Source: Nemertoderma westbladi (Eukaryota; Animalia; Xenacoelomorpha). From it: a stretch of DNA of 64,000 bases. Made by a program: the position numbers and the translations under genes. Where the stretch lies: contig JAUCBJ010008084.1 in the NCBI GenBank assembly GCA_032718475.1, positions 7,586 through 71,585 on the forward strand, in the 5' to 3' direction. The notes beneath the pieces were generated by a model. That model did not search any database, had not been told where the DNA came from, and saw nothing but the letters and a program-made list of their open reading frames with translations. Shown piece by piece: positions 9,682 through 22,280 of this stretch (its first letter is position 1; each line of letters starts with the position of its first letter).

Positions 9682-12600
9682 GATAGTTAACACATGTCAC
9701 AAGATTATGCAGGATACTAAAGGAGCAGGTTATAGAGGCGGGTAGATAGAACCAAAACAATAAACGATAGTTAACACATGTTGCAAGATTATGCAGGTTA
9801 GTACAGGAGCAGACTATAGAGGCGGGAAGATAGAATCAAAACAATAAACGATAGTTAACACATGTTACAATATTATGCAGGTTAGTAAAGAAGCAGGCTA
9901 TAGAGGCGGGTAGATAGAACCAAAACAATAAACGATAGTTAACACATGTTACTAGATTATGCAGGTTAGTAAAGCAGCAGGTTATAGAGGCGGGTGGATA
10001 GAACCAAAACATTAAACGATAGTTTAACACATGTTACAAGATTATGCCGGTTAGTAAAGGAGCAGGTTATAGAGGCGGGTAGATAGAACCAAAACAATAA
10101 ACGATAGTTAACACATGTTACAAGATTATGCAGGTTAGTAAAGGAGCAGGTTATAGAGGCGGGTAGATAGAACCAAAACAATAAACGATAGTTAACACAT
10201 GTTACTAGATTATGCAGGTTAGTAAAGCAGCAGGTTATAGAGGCGGGTGGATAGAACCAAAACATTAAACGATAGTTTAACACATGTTACAAGATTATGC
10301 CGGTTAGTAAAGGAGCAGGTTATAGAGGCGGGTAGATAGAACCAAAACAATAAACGATAGTTAACACATGTTACAAGATTATGCAGGTTAGTAAAGGAGC
10401 AGGTTATAGAGGCGGGTAGATAGAACAAAACAGTAAACGATAGTTAACACATGTTACAAGATTATGCAGATTAGTAAAGGAGCAGGTTATAGATGCGGGT
10501 AGATAGAACCAAAACAATAAACGATAGTTAACACATGTTACAAGATTATGCAGGATAGTAAAGGAGCAGACTATAGAGGCGGGAAGATAGAACCAAAACA
10601 TTAAACGATAGTTAACACATGTTACAAGATTATGCAGGTTAGTAAAGGAGCAGGCTATAGAAGAGGGTAGATAGAACCAAAACAATAAACGATAGTTAAC
10701 ACATGTTACAAGATTATGTAGGTTAGTAAAGGAGCAGGTTATAGAGGCGGGTAGATAGAACCAAAACAATAAACGATAGTTAACACATGTTACAAGATTA
10801 TGCAGGTTAGTAAAGGAGCAGGCTATAGAAGAGGGTAGATAGAACCAAAACAATAAACGATAGTTAACACATTTTACAAGCTTATGTAGGTTAGTAAAGG
10901 AGCAGGTTATAGAGGCGGGTAGATAGAACCAAAACAATAAACGATAGTTAACATATGTTACAAGATTATGCAGGTTAGTAAAGGAGCAGGTTACAGAGGC
11001 AGGTACATAGAACCAAAACAATAAACGATAGTTAACACGTGTTACTAGAATATGCAGGTTAGTAAAGGAGCAGGTTATAGAGGCGGGTAGATAGAACGAA
11101 AACAATAAACGATAGTTAACACATGTTACAAGATTATGCAGGATAGTAAAGGAGCAGGTTATAGAGGCGGGTAGATAGAACCAAAACAATAAACGATAGT
11201 TAACACACGTTACAAGATTATGCAGGTTAGTAAAGGAGCAGGTTATAGAGGCGGGTAGATAGAACCAAAACAATAAACGATAGTTAACATATGTTACAAG
11301 ATTATGCAGGTTAGTAAAGGAGCAGGTTACAGAGGCGGGTAGATAGAACCAAAACAATAAACGATAGTTAACACACGTTACAAGATTATGCAGGTTAGTA
11401 AAGGAGCAGGTTATAGAAGAGGGTAGATAGAACCAAAACAATAAACGATAGTTAACACACGTTACAAGATTATGCAGGTTAGTAAAGGAGCAGGTTACAG
11501 AGGCGGGTAGATAGAACCAAAACAATAAACGATAGTTAACACATGTTCCAAGATTATGCAGGATAGTAAAGGAGCAGGTTATAGAGGCGGGTAGATAGAA
11601 TCAAAACAATAAACGATAGTTAACACATGTTACAAGATTATGCAGGTTAGTAAAGCAGCAGGTTATAGAGGCGGGTAGATAGAACCAAAACAATAAACGA
11701 TAGTTAACACATGTTCCAAGATTATGCAGGATAGTAAAGGAGCAGGTTATAGAGGCGGGTAGATAGAACCAAAACATTAAACGATAGTTAACACATGTTC
11801 CAAGATTATGCAGGATAGTAAAGGAGCAGGTTATAGAGGCGGGTAGATAGAACCAAAACAATAAACGATAGTTAACACAGGTTACAAGCTTATGCAGGTT
11901 AGTAAAGGAGCAGGTTATAGAGGCGGGTAGATAGAACCAAAACAATAAACGATAGTTAACATATGTTACAAGATTATGCAGGTTAGTAAAGGAGCAGGTT
12001 ATAGAGGCGGGTAGATAAAACCAAAACAATAAACGATAGTTAACATATGTTACAAGATTATGCAGGTTAGTAAAGGAGCAGGTTACAGAGGCAGGTACAT
12101 AGAACCAAAACAATAAACGATAGTTAACACGTGTTACTAGAATATGCAGGTTAGTAAAGGAGCAGGTTATAGAGGCGGGTAGATAGAACCAAAACAATAA
12201 ACGATAGTTAACACATGTTCCAAGATTATGCAGGATAGTAAAGGAGCAGGTTATAGAGGCGGGTAGATAGAACCAAAACAATAAACGATAGTTAACACAT
12301 GTTACAAGCTTATGCAGGTTAGTAAAGGAGCAGACTATAGAGGCGGGAAGATAGAACCAAAACAATAAACGATAGTTAACACATGTTACAATATTATGCA
12401 GGTTAGTAAAGGAGCAGACTATAGAGGCGGGAAGATAGAATCAAAACAATAAACGATAGTTAACACATGTTGCAAGATTATGCAGGTTAGTAAAGGAGCA
12501 GACTATAGAGGCGGGTAGATAGAACCAAAACAATAAACGATAGTTAACACATGTTACAAGATTATGTAGGTTAGTACAGGAGCAGGTTATAGATGCGGGT

Positions 12601-15600
12601 AGATAGAACCAACATAATAAACGATAGTTAACACATGTTACAAGATTATGCAGGTTAGTAAAGCAGCAGGTTATAGAGGCGGGTGGATAGAACCAAAACA
12701 TTAAACGATAGTTTAACACATGTTACAAGATTATGCCGGTTAGTAAAGGAGCAGGTTATAGAGGCGGGTAGATAGAACCAAAACAATAAAAGATAGTTAA
12801 CACATGTTACAAGATTATGCCGGTTAGTAAAGGAGCAGGTTATAGAGGCGGGTAGATAGAACCAAAACAATAAACGATAGTTAACATATGTTACAAGATT
12901 ATGCAGGTTAGTAAAGGAGCAGGTTATAGAGGCGGGTAGATAGAACCAAAACAATAAACGATAGTTAACACATGTTACAAGATTATGCCGGTTAGTAAAG
13001 GAGCAGGTTATAGAGGCGGGTAGATAGAACCAAAACAATAAACGATAGTTAACACATGTTCCAAGATTATGCAGGATAGTAAAGGAGCAGGTTATAGAAG
13101 AGGGTAGATAGAACCAAAACAATAAACGATAGTTAACACATGTTACAAGATTATGCCGGTTAGTAAAGGAGCAGGTTATAGAGGCGGGTAGATAGAACCA
13201 AAACAATAAACGATAGTTAACACATGTTACAAGATTATGCAGGTTAGTAAAGGAGCAGGTTATAGAGGCGGGTAGATAGAACCAAAACAATAAACGATAG
13301 TTAACACATGTTATAAGATTATGCAGGTTAGTAAAGAAGCAGGCTATAGAGGCGGGTAGATAGAACCAAAACAATAAACGATAGTTAACACATGTTATAA
13401 TATTATGCAGGTTAGTAAAGAAGCAGGCTATAGAGGCGGGTAGATAGAACCAAAACAATAAACGATAGTTAACACATGTTATAAGATTATGCAGGTTAGT
13501 AAAGAAGCAGGCTATAGAGGCGGGTAGATAGAACCAAAACAATAAACGATAGTTAACACATGTTATAAGATTATGCAGGTTAGTAAAGAAGCAGGCTATA
13601 GAGGCGGGTAGATAGAACCAAAACAATAAACGATAGTTAACACATGTTACAAGATTATGTAGGTTAGTAAAGGAGCAGTTATAGAGGTGGGTAGATAGAA
13701 CCAAAACAATAAACGATAGTTAACACATGTTACAAGATTATGTAGGTTAGTAAAGGAGCAGTTATAGAGGTGGGTAGATAGAACCAAAACAATAAACGAT
13801 AGTTAACACATGTTATAAGATTATGCAGGTTAGTAAAGAAGCAGGCTATAGAGGCGGGTAGATAGAACCAAAACAATAAACGATAGTTAACACATGTTAT
13901 AAGATTATGCAGGTTAGTAAAGAAGCAGGCTATAGAGGCGGGTAGATAGAACCAAAACAATAAACGATAGTTAACACATGTTACAAGATTATGCAGGATA
14001 GTAAAGGAGCAGGTTATAGAGGCGGGTAGATAGAACCAAAACAATAAACGATAGTTAACAGATGTTACAAGATTATGCAGGTTAGTAAAGGAGCAGGTTA
14101 TAGAGGCGGGTAGATAGAACCAAAACAATAAACGATAGTTAACACATGTTACAAGATTATGTAGGTTAGTAAAGGAGCAGTTATAGAGGCGGGTAGATAG
14201 AACCAAAACAATAAACGATAGTTGACACATGTTACAAGATTATGCAGGTTAGTAAAGGAGCAGACTATAGAGGCAGGTAGATAGAACCAAAACAATAAAC
14301 GATAGTTAACACATGTTACAAGATTATGCAGGATAGTAAAGGAGCAGGTTATAGAGGCGGGTAGATAGAACCAAAACAGTAAACAATAGTTAACACATGT
14401 TACAAGATTATGCAGGTTAGTAAAGGAGCAGACTATAGAGGCGGGAAGATAGAACCAAAACAATAAACGATAGTTAACACATGTTATAAGATTATGCAGG
14501 TTAGTAAAGAAGCAGGCTATAGAGGCGGGTAGATAGAACCAAAACAATAAACGATAGTTAACACATGTTATAAGATTATGCAGGTTAGTAAAGAAGCAGG
14601 CTATAGAGGCGGGAAGATAGAACCAAAACAATAAACGATAGTTAACACATGTTATAAGATTATGCAGGTTAGTAAAGAAGCAGGCTATAGAGGCGGGTAG
14701 ATAGAACCAAAACAATAAACGATAGTTAACACATGTTATAAGATTATGCAGGTTAGTAAAGGAGCAGGTTATAGAGGCGGGTAGATAGAACCATAACATT
14801 AAACGATAGTTTAACACATGTTACAAGATTATGCCGGTTAGTAAAGGAGCAGGTTATAGAGGCGGGTAGATAGAACCAAAACAATAAACGATAGTTAACA
14901 CATGTTACAAGATTATGCCGGTTAGTAAAGGAGCAGGTTATAGAGGCGGGTAGATAGAACCAAAACAATAAACGATAGTTAACATATGTTACAAGATTAT
15001 GCAGGTTAGTAAAGGAGCAGGTTATAGAGGCGGGTAGATAGAACCAAAACAATAAACGATAGTTAACACATGTTACAAGATTATGCCGGTTAGTAAAGGA
15101 GCAGGTTATAGAGGCGGGTAGATAGAACCAAAACAATAAACGATAGTTAACACATGTTCCAAGATTATGCAGGATAGTAAAGGAGCAGGTTATAGAAGAG
15201 GGTAGATAGAACCAAAACAATAAACGATAGTTTAACACATGTTACAAGATTATGCCGGTTAGTAAAGGAGCAGGTTATAGAGGCGGGTAGATAGAACCAA
15301 AACAATAAACGATAGTTAACACATGTTACAAGATTATGCCGGTTAGTAAAGGAGCAGGTTATAGAGGCGGGTAGATAGAACCAAAACAATAAACGATAGT
15401 TAACATATGTTACAAGATTAAGCAGGTTAGTAAAGGAGCAGGTTATAGAGGCGGGTAGATAGAACCAAAACAATAAACGATAGTTAACACATGTTACAAG
15501 ATTATGCCGGTTAGTAAAGGAGCAGGTTATAGAGGCGGGTAGATAGAACCAAAACAATAAACGATAGTTAACACATGTTCCAAGATTATGCAGGATAGTA

Positions 15601-18462
15601 AAGGAGCAGGTTATAGAAGAGGGTAGATAGAACCAAAACAATAAACGATAGTTAACACATGTTACAAGATTATGCCGGTTAGTAAAGGAGCAGGTTATAG
15701 AGGCGGGTAGATAGAACCAAAACAATAAACGATAGTTAACACATGTTACAAGATTATGCAGGTTAGTAAAGGAGCAGGTTATAGAGGCGGGTAGATAGAA
15801 CCAAAACAATAAACGATAGTTAACACATGTTATAAGATTATGCAGGTTAGTAAAGAAGCAGGCTATAGAGGCGGGTAGATAGAACCAAAACAATAAACGA
15901 TAGTTAACACATGTTATAATATTATGCAGGTTAGTAAAGAAGCAGGCTATAGAGGTGGGTAGATAGAACCAAAACAATAAACGATAGTTAACACATGTTA
16001 TAAGATTATGCAGGTTAGTAAAGAAGCAGGCTATAGAGGCGGGTAGATAGAACCAAAACAATAAACGATAGTTAACACATGTTATAAGATTATGCAGGTT
16101 AGTAAAGAAGCAGGCTATAGAGGCGGGTAGATAGAACCAAAACAATAAACGATAGTTAACACATGTTATAAGATTATGCAGGTTAGTAAAGAAGCAGGCT
16201 ATAGAGGTGTGTAGATAGAACCAAAACAATAAACGATAGTTAACACATGTTACAAGATTATGCAGGATAGTAAAGGAGCAGGTTATAGAGGCGGGTAGAT
16301 AGAACCAAAACAATAAACGATAGTTAACACATGTTACAAGATTATGCAGGTTAGTAAAGGAGCAGGTTATAGAGGCGGGTAGATAGAACCAAAACAATAA
16401 ACGATAGTTAACACATGTTACAAGATTATGTAGGTTAGTAAAGGAGCAGTTATAGAGGCGGGTAGATAGAACCAAAACAATAAACGATAGTTGACACATG
16501 TTACAAGATTATGCAGGTTAGTAAAGGAGCAGACTATAGAGGCAGGTAGATAGAACCAAAACAATAAACGATAGTTAACACATGTTACAAGATTATGCAG
16601 GATAGTAAAGGAGCAGGTTATAGAGGCGGGTAGATAGAACCAAAACAGTAAACAATAGTTAACACATGTTACAAGATTATGCAGGTTAGTAAAGGAGCAG
16701 ACTATAGAGGCGGGAAGATAGAACCAAAACAATAAACGATAGTTAACACATGTTATAAGATTATGCAGGTTAGTAAAGAAGCAGGCTATAGAGGCGGGTA
16801 GATAGAACCAAAACAATAAACGATAGTTAACACATGTTATAAGATTATGCAGGTTAGTAAAGAAGCAGGCTATAGAGGCGGGAAGATAGAACCAAAACAA
16901 TAAACGATAGTTAACACATGTTATAAGATTATGCAGGTTAGTAAAGAAGCAGGCTATAGAGGCGGGTAGATAGAACCAAAACAATAAACGATAGTTAACA
17001 CATGTTATAAGATTATGCAGGTTAGTAAAGGAGCAGGTTATAGAGGCGGGTAGATAGAACCATAACAATAAACGATAGTTAACACATGTTACAAGATTAT
17101 GTAGGTTAGTAAAGGAGCAGTTATAGAGGCGGGTAGATAGAATCAAAACAATAAACGATAGATAACACATGTTACTAGATTATGCAGGTTAGTAAAGGAG
17201 CAGGTTATAGAGGCGGGTAGATAGAACCAAAACAATAAACGATAGTTAACACATGTTACAAGATTATGCAGGTTAGTAAAGGAGCAGGTTATAGATGCGG
17301 GTAGATAGAACCAACATAATAAACGATAGTTAACACATGTTACAAGATTATGCAGGTTAGTAAAGGAGCAGGTTATAGAGGCGGGTAGATAGAACCAAAA
17401 CAATAAACGATAGTTAACACATGTTACAAGATTATGCAGGTTAGTAAAGGAGCAGGTTATAGAGGCGGGTAGATAGAACCAAAACAATAAACGATAGTTA
17501 ACACATGTTACAAGATTATGTAGGTTAGTAAAGGAGCAGTTATAGAGGCGGGTAGATAGAATCAAAACAATAAACGATAGATAACACATGTTACTAGATT
17601 ATGCAGGTTAGTAAAGGAGCAGGTTATAGAGGCGGGTAGATAGAACCAAAACAATAAACGATAGTTAACACATGTTACAAGATTATGCAGGTTAGTAAAG
17701 GAGCAGGTTATAGATGCGGGTAGATAGAACCAACATAATAAACGATAGTTAACACATGTTACAAGATTATGTAGGTTAGTAAAGGAGCAGTTATAGAGGC
17801 GGGTAGATAGAATCAAAACAATAAACGATAGATAACACATGTTACTAGATTATGCAGGTTAGTAAAGGAGCAGGTTATAGATGCGGGTAGATAGAACCAA
17901 CATAATAAACGATAGTTAACACATGTTACAAGATTATGCAGGTTAGTAAAGGAGCAGGATATAGAGGCGGGTAGATAGAACCAAAACAATAAACGATAGT
18001 TAACACATGTTACAAGATTATGCCGGTTATTAAAGGAGCAGGTTATAGAGGCGGGTAGATAGAACCAAAACAATAAACGATAGTTAACCACATGTTACAA
18101 GATTATGCAGGATAGTAAAGGAGCAGGTTATAGAGGCGGGTAGATAGAACCAAAACAATAAACGATAGTTAACACATGTTACAAGATTATGCAGGATAGT
18201 AAAGGAGCAGGTTATAGAGGCGGGTAGATAGAACCAAAACAATAAACAATAGTTAACACATGTTACAATATTATGCAGGTTAGTAAAGGAGCAGGTTATA
18301 GAGGCGGGTAGATAGAACCAAAACAATAAACGATAGTTAACACATGTTACAAGATTATGCAGGTTAGTAAAGGAGCAGGCTATAGAAGAGGGTAGATAGA
18401 ACCAAAACAATAAACGATAGTTAACACATGTTACAAGCTTATGTAGGTTAGTAAAGAAGCAG
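9682..18462. repeat. 84-bp satellite array, left arm (about 105 monomers)
   Basis: Consensus GTTAACACATGTTACAAGATTATGCAGGTTAGTAAAGGAGCAGGTTATAGAGGCGGGTAGATAGAACCAAAACAATAAACGATA, head-to-tail. Confidence 0.98.
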
Positions 18463-18971
18463 TGTTAGCTTATTCAATTCCGCTAACACAAACCCATAAA
18501 GTAAGCCGTTAAGCAATATTGGGGGCCACGAGGTTGATTACCCAATCTCGTGCCACCCCAATAAAATGGGAAGGAGAAACACACAATAAGGGTCAGGGGC
18601 CACACCCCTGACCGAGAGAGAATAGCAGGAGTGAGGGAAACACTCCAAAGGGCGCCAACAGGGATATCAGCCAATGGGAGGGAGGCACCGGCTAGGTACA
18701 GTAACAAGGCCAACCCGTGCAATATAACCAGTTAACGGTAATCAGTTATTTCAGTTATCTCATTGTGTTGGTCGGTTTAGTTAGGTTAGGACCGGAACTT
18801 TAATTACCGTTGCGTAACCACTGTGCAGACACCCTATTCTATATCTATACTATTATACCGGAGGACTTTATACAGCAATCAACAATATCCACCTTTTACA
18901 CACACACGGCGGGAACGCGACGCGTAAATCAAAAACCGGATAAACCGGGATCCTTTGTGGATCCCGTCACA
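18463..18971 (+). repeat. 5' LTR of element 2
   Basis: TGTTAGC...GTCACA; near-identical to 31888-32396 (three substitutions seen by eye). Confidence 0.97.
18721..18757 (+). promoter_or_regulatory. Candidate LTR core promoter (TATA-like AATATAA followed by Inr-like TCAGTT)
   Basis: AATATAA at 18721-18727 and TCAGTT at 18751-18756, about 30 nt apart. Motif match only. Confidence 0.4.
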
Positions 18972-19039
18972 GTAATTAAAGACCAACCTAGTAATTAAAT
19001 CCTAGAACTCCAGCCAGCTACCGACACTCTACCTATGAG

Positions 19040-22000
19040 ATGAGCGACGTTACGCCAACGCGGACCCCGGAGGAAGACCCAACGATTCGGGAGGCCGTGA
19101 CCAGACGGTATAGGCCCACGACGCCGGACCCATCGGTAACGGGTCATCCGGCAGATCAGGATGGAGGGGACCGTCTGGAACCAGAGATCGAGCCGAGAGG
19201 AGCGGGAGCCGAGTTGGGAGAAGGAGAGGGCGAGAGGGACGGAGAAGAAGATGAGTCGACACGGAACTAGGGTCGACGTACCGATGTCGCCGGCCAGCCA
19301 CAGGCCGTGGGCGACGAACGGCCCACCGAAACGGCGACGGTGGGGCCGACGGTACGACGCCGGACCCGGAGAGATGGGGGAGATGTCGGTACCGATGTTG
19401 CCGGCCAGCTACAGGCCGAGGGCGACGGACGGCCCACCGGAACGGCGACGGTGGGGCCACCGGTACGACGTCGGACCCGGAGAGACGGAGGAGAGGTCGG
19501 CGACGAGGACGTCGGGGTTTCTGATCGACTTCGACGGGCCTACAACGCGACCCGGAAGCTACTTAAGGAGGCCAAGGAGGGGGCGAAGATAGATGAGGTA
19601 AAGCTGACAACAGGACTAGGTGAGTTGGATAGACATTTTAATTATCTAATGCGCTTCGGGCAGAGAGAACTGGCCAAGGAGAGAGCGAGAGGGGTTGCAG
19701 AGGAACTGTGTGATTTATGGCGGTGTAGGGGTATGCAACCTAGTGCAGTGTATGTAGGGCCATACTTAGTCGATGCCCAGGGTATAAAATCAGTGGGTTG
19801 GAGGAGACATGAGGAGGGCGAATCCGAGGTTGACCGCGAGGATTCGATCTCGTCGATCGGAGGAAGTTCTGGGAAGAGGGGGAAAGTTAGTAGGTCGGGA
19901 AGGCGGAGGGAATCCGTCGTAACCGATAAGTCTGCTACATCCTCCGTAAAAGAAAGACGGGTGAGAGAGATAAATGCCACGTACCATCTCGACCTGATTG
20001 CGCAAGGTCAGAGAGAGTTATGTAGATGGTTAGAGGAGGGGAGAATGCAACTAGAGAAGGAAATGGTACTGATTAGAGAAACCGGAGAGAGGGCCGAAAG
20101 GGCCGCGAAAAGCCTTAGAGAGTGTGAGGAAATAGAGAGGAGGGAACAAGAGGAGCGTGAGGCGAGACGGGAAAGTGAACGCAAAGAGCGTGAGGCGGAA
20201 CGCAAGGAGCGTGAGACGAGAGAGAACAATGAACGCAAGGAACGCGAGGCGAGAGAGGAAAATGAACGCAAGGAACATGAGGCGAGGGAGGAAAGTGAGC
20301 GCAAAGAGCGTGAGGCGAGGCGAAGGGAGGGAGCTAGGAGAGAGGCGGAATTGGCCGAACAGAACGCACGGGAGAGTCGGGAGAGAATGGCAAGAGAGGT
20401 GCGTGAGCGAAAAGAATTGGAAAGACAGCAAGGCGAGCTTATAGAGTACAAAACTAGACGTATGCGCGAACTGGAACTAGCGTGGATGGGGGCGTCTGAG
20501 AGCGGGGCTGACTCGAAGATTTTCGAGGAGCCAAGGGCCGTGGATATGTTTATTAATACCCCATTTACAGGGACCGCACGACAGACCCGAAATTGGTGTG
20601 ACCGTACGGGCCGGGGGGGTAATAATAATACTACAGTAGACGACGTTAATATTAATGGTACCGTATTGGATAATCCTAACCAAGCATATATTGCAGGAAA
20701 TACTTTGCCTGGTAGTAGTGATTTGAATTTAAACACAAATAATCTAAATAATAATTTCAATTTAAACGTGCAAAATAATCCGAATAATAATTTAAATTTA
20801 GAAAATAATGATAACTCAAATAATTTAAATAATGATCCAAGCCCGAATTTACAAAATAATTCAAATAATGTAGTCGCGCAAAATAATCAAAATGATTCTA
20901 TTTCGAACGAACAAAATAATTCCGTTTCTAACACAGGTGCTATTAATGCGAACGCGTCGGACGTGTATAACCCGACAGACGCCGGCCTGGTAGGCCACGT
21001 AGTTAGTAGGCAGGAGGTGGCGGGGTTGAGTCGACCCGACGGCGGCCTAGTAGGCCACGTAGTTAGTAGGCAGGAGGTGGCGGGGTTGAGTCGAGCCGAC
21101 GGCGGCCTGGTAGGCCACGTAGTTAGTAGGCAGGGGGTGGCGGGGTTGAGCCAACCCGGAGTAGGCCCGATAGGCCAAGTAGTGGTGGAGAGAGAGGCGG
21201 GGGTAAGCGAACCCAGCCGCAGTAGAAATATTGTGTCGACTGGAGAGGGGTGTAGAAGAGAAGTTAGTGGCAAGTGGGGGGGGGGGGCTACAGGAGCCCC
21301 GCAACGAGAAGTTAGCGACGAGTGGGGGGGGGCTACAGGAGCCCCACAACGAGAAGTTGGTGGCGAGGGGGGGGGCAGAGAATGTCCCACAGGCGTCGGC
21401 GGATAATGCGCGGGCCGAATCAGGTAAACCGCAACACCCGGCGACGGAGAGTAATAGGGGGATTGCGAGTATCCCCAGCGGCGTGCGATCGAGCAGAGAG
21501 AGGCAGGTTGATGTCGCGAGAGGGCGGACGAAGCGTCGAGCCCGATCAGAAGAGGGAAGAAGAACAGTGGAGTTTAACCGGGAGGTCGACGAGAGATCTC
21601 ATGAGCGGGAATACTGCACTGAAAGGAGAAGTAGTAGAAGAAGTATCGCCGCGAATGACAGGAGAGCGAGGACGGATAGCGAGCCGTCGGTAGTTGAGAT
21701 GGAAAGAGAGAGTCGGTGGGGTCGAACCTCGGGAGATTGCCGTCGTCCCGGAGAGACGCAACCTGACGAGACGCGTTACGCGTCGAGAGAGGGGTACACG
21801 ATGTACCAGCACGAAGACGAGAGTAGTAGAGGGGGTCGAAGAGAAACTTTCCGACGGGATATACCTACAGATCGAGAGTACGGTAGCCGCGGGGAGGATT
21901 GTTCGAGAAGAATAAACTTCGATCCCGAGCAACACATACAGACTGTAGGACATACTGTAGGCCTTACTGCACATACCATAGGCCATGCTGACAGGAATAA

Positions 22001-22280
22001 TATAGGCGATAGGATAGCGCGGACAATGGAATTAAACCCGGATGTCGCGGAGTACATACCGGCAGGTAGGCCAGAAGTTGATAGGCCTATACCGGTACCA
22101 GTACAGCAGTATGACTACAGCATGCAAGGACATAACATATACCCAGGGGAGGGGGGAATTATTGCGGATAGATGCATGGGCCCCAATATATTAACATCAA
22201 CCCCAGTACCAAACATACCGGTGGGGGGGGGGGACAGGGTGACATTCCCCCATCGCAATATCAACAATATACCCCGATAG
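19040..22280 (+). pseudogene. gag: Long low-complexity N-terminal extension of gag, interrupted
   Basis: ATG at 19040; in-frame TAG at 19268-19270 then ORF 19307..21406 in the same frame. Overlapping ORFs 21231..22280 and 22172..27571 join across poly-G runs (about 21276-21375 and 22223-22233). Contains an E/R coiled-coil, an Asn-rich tract, and ~117-, 60- and ~40-bp internal repeats. Confidence 0.65.
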
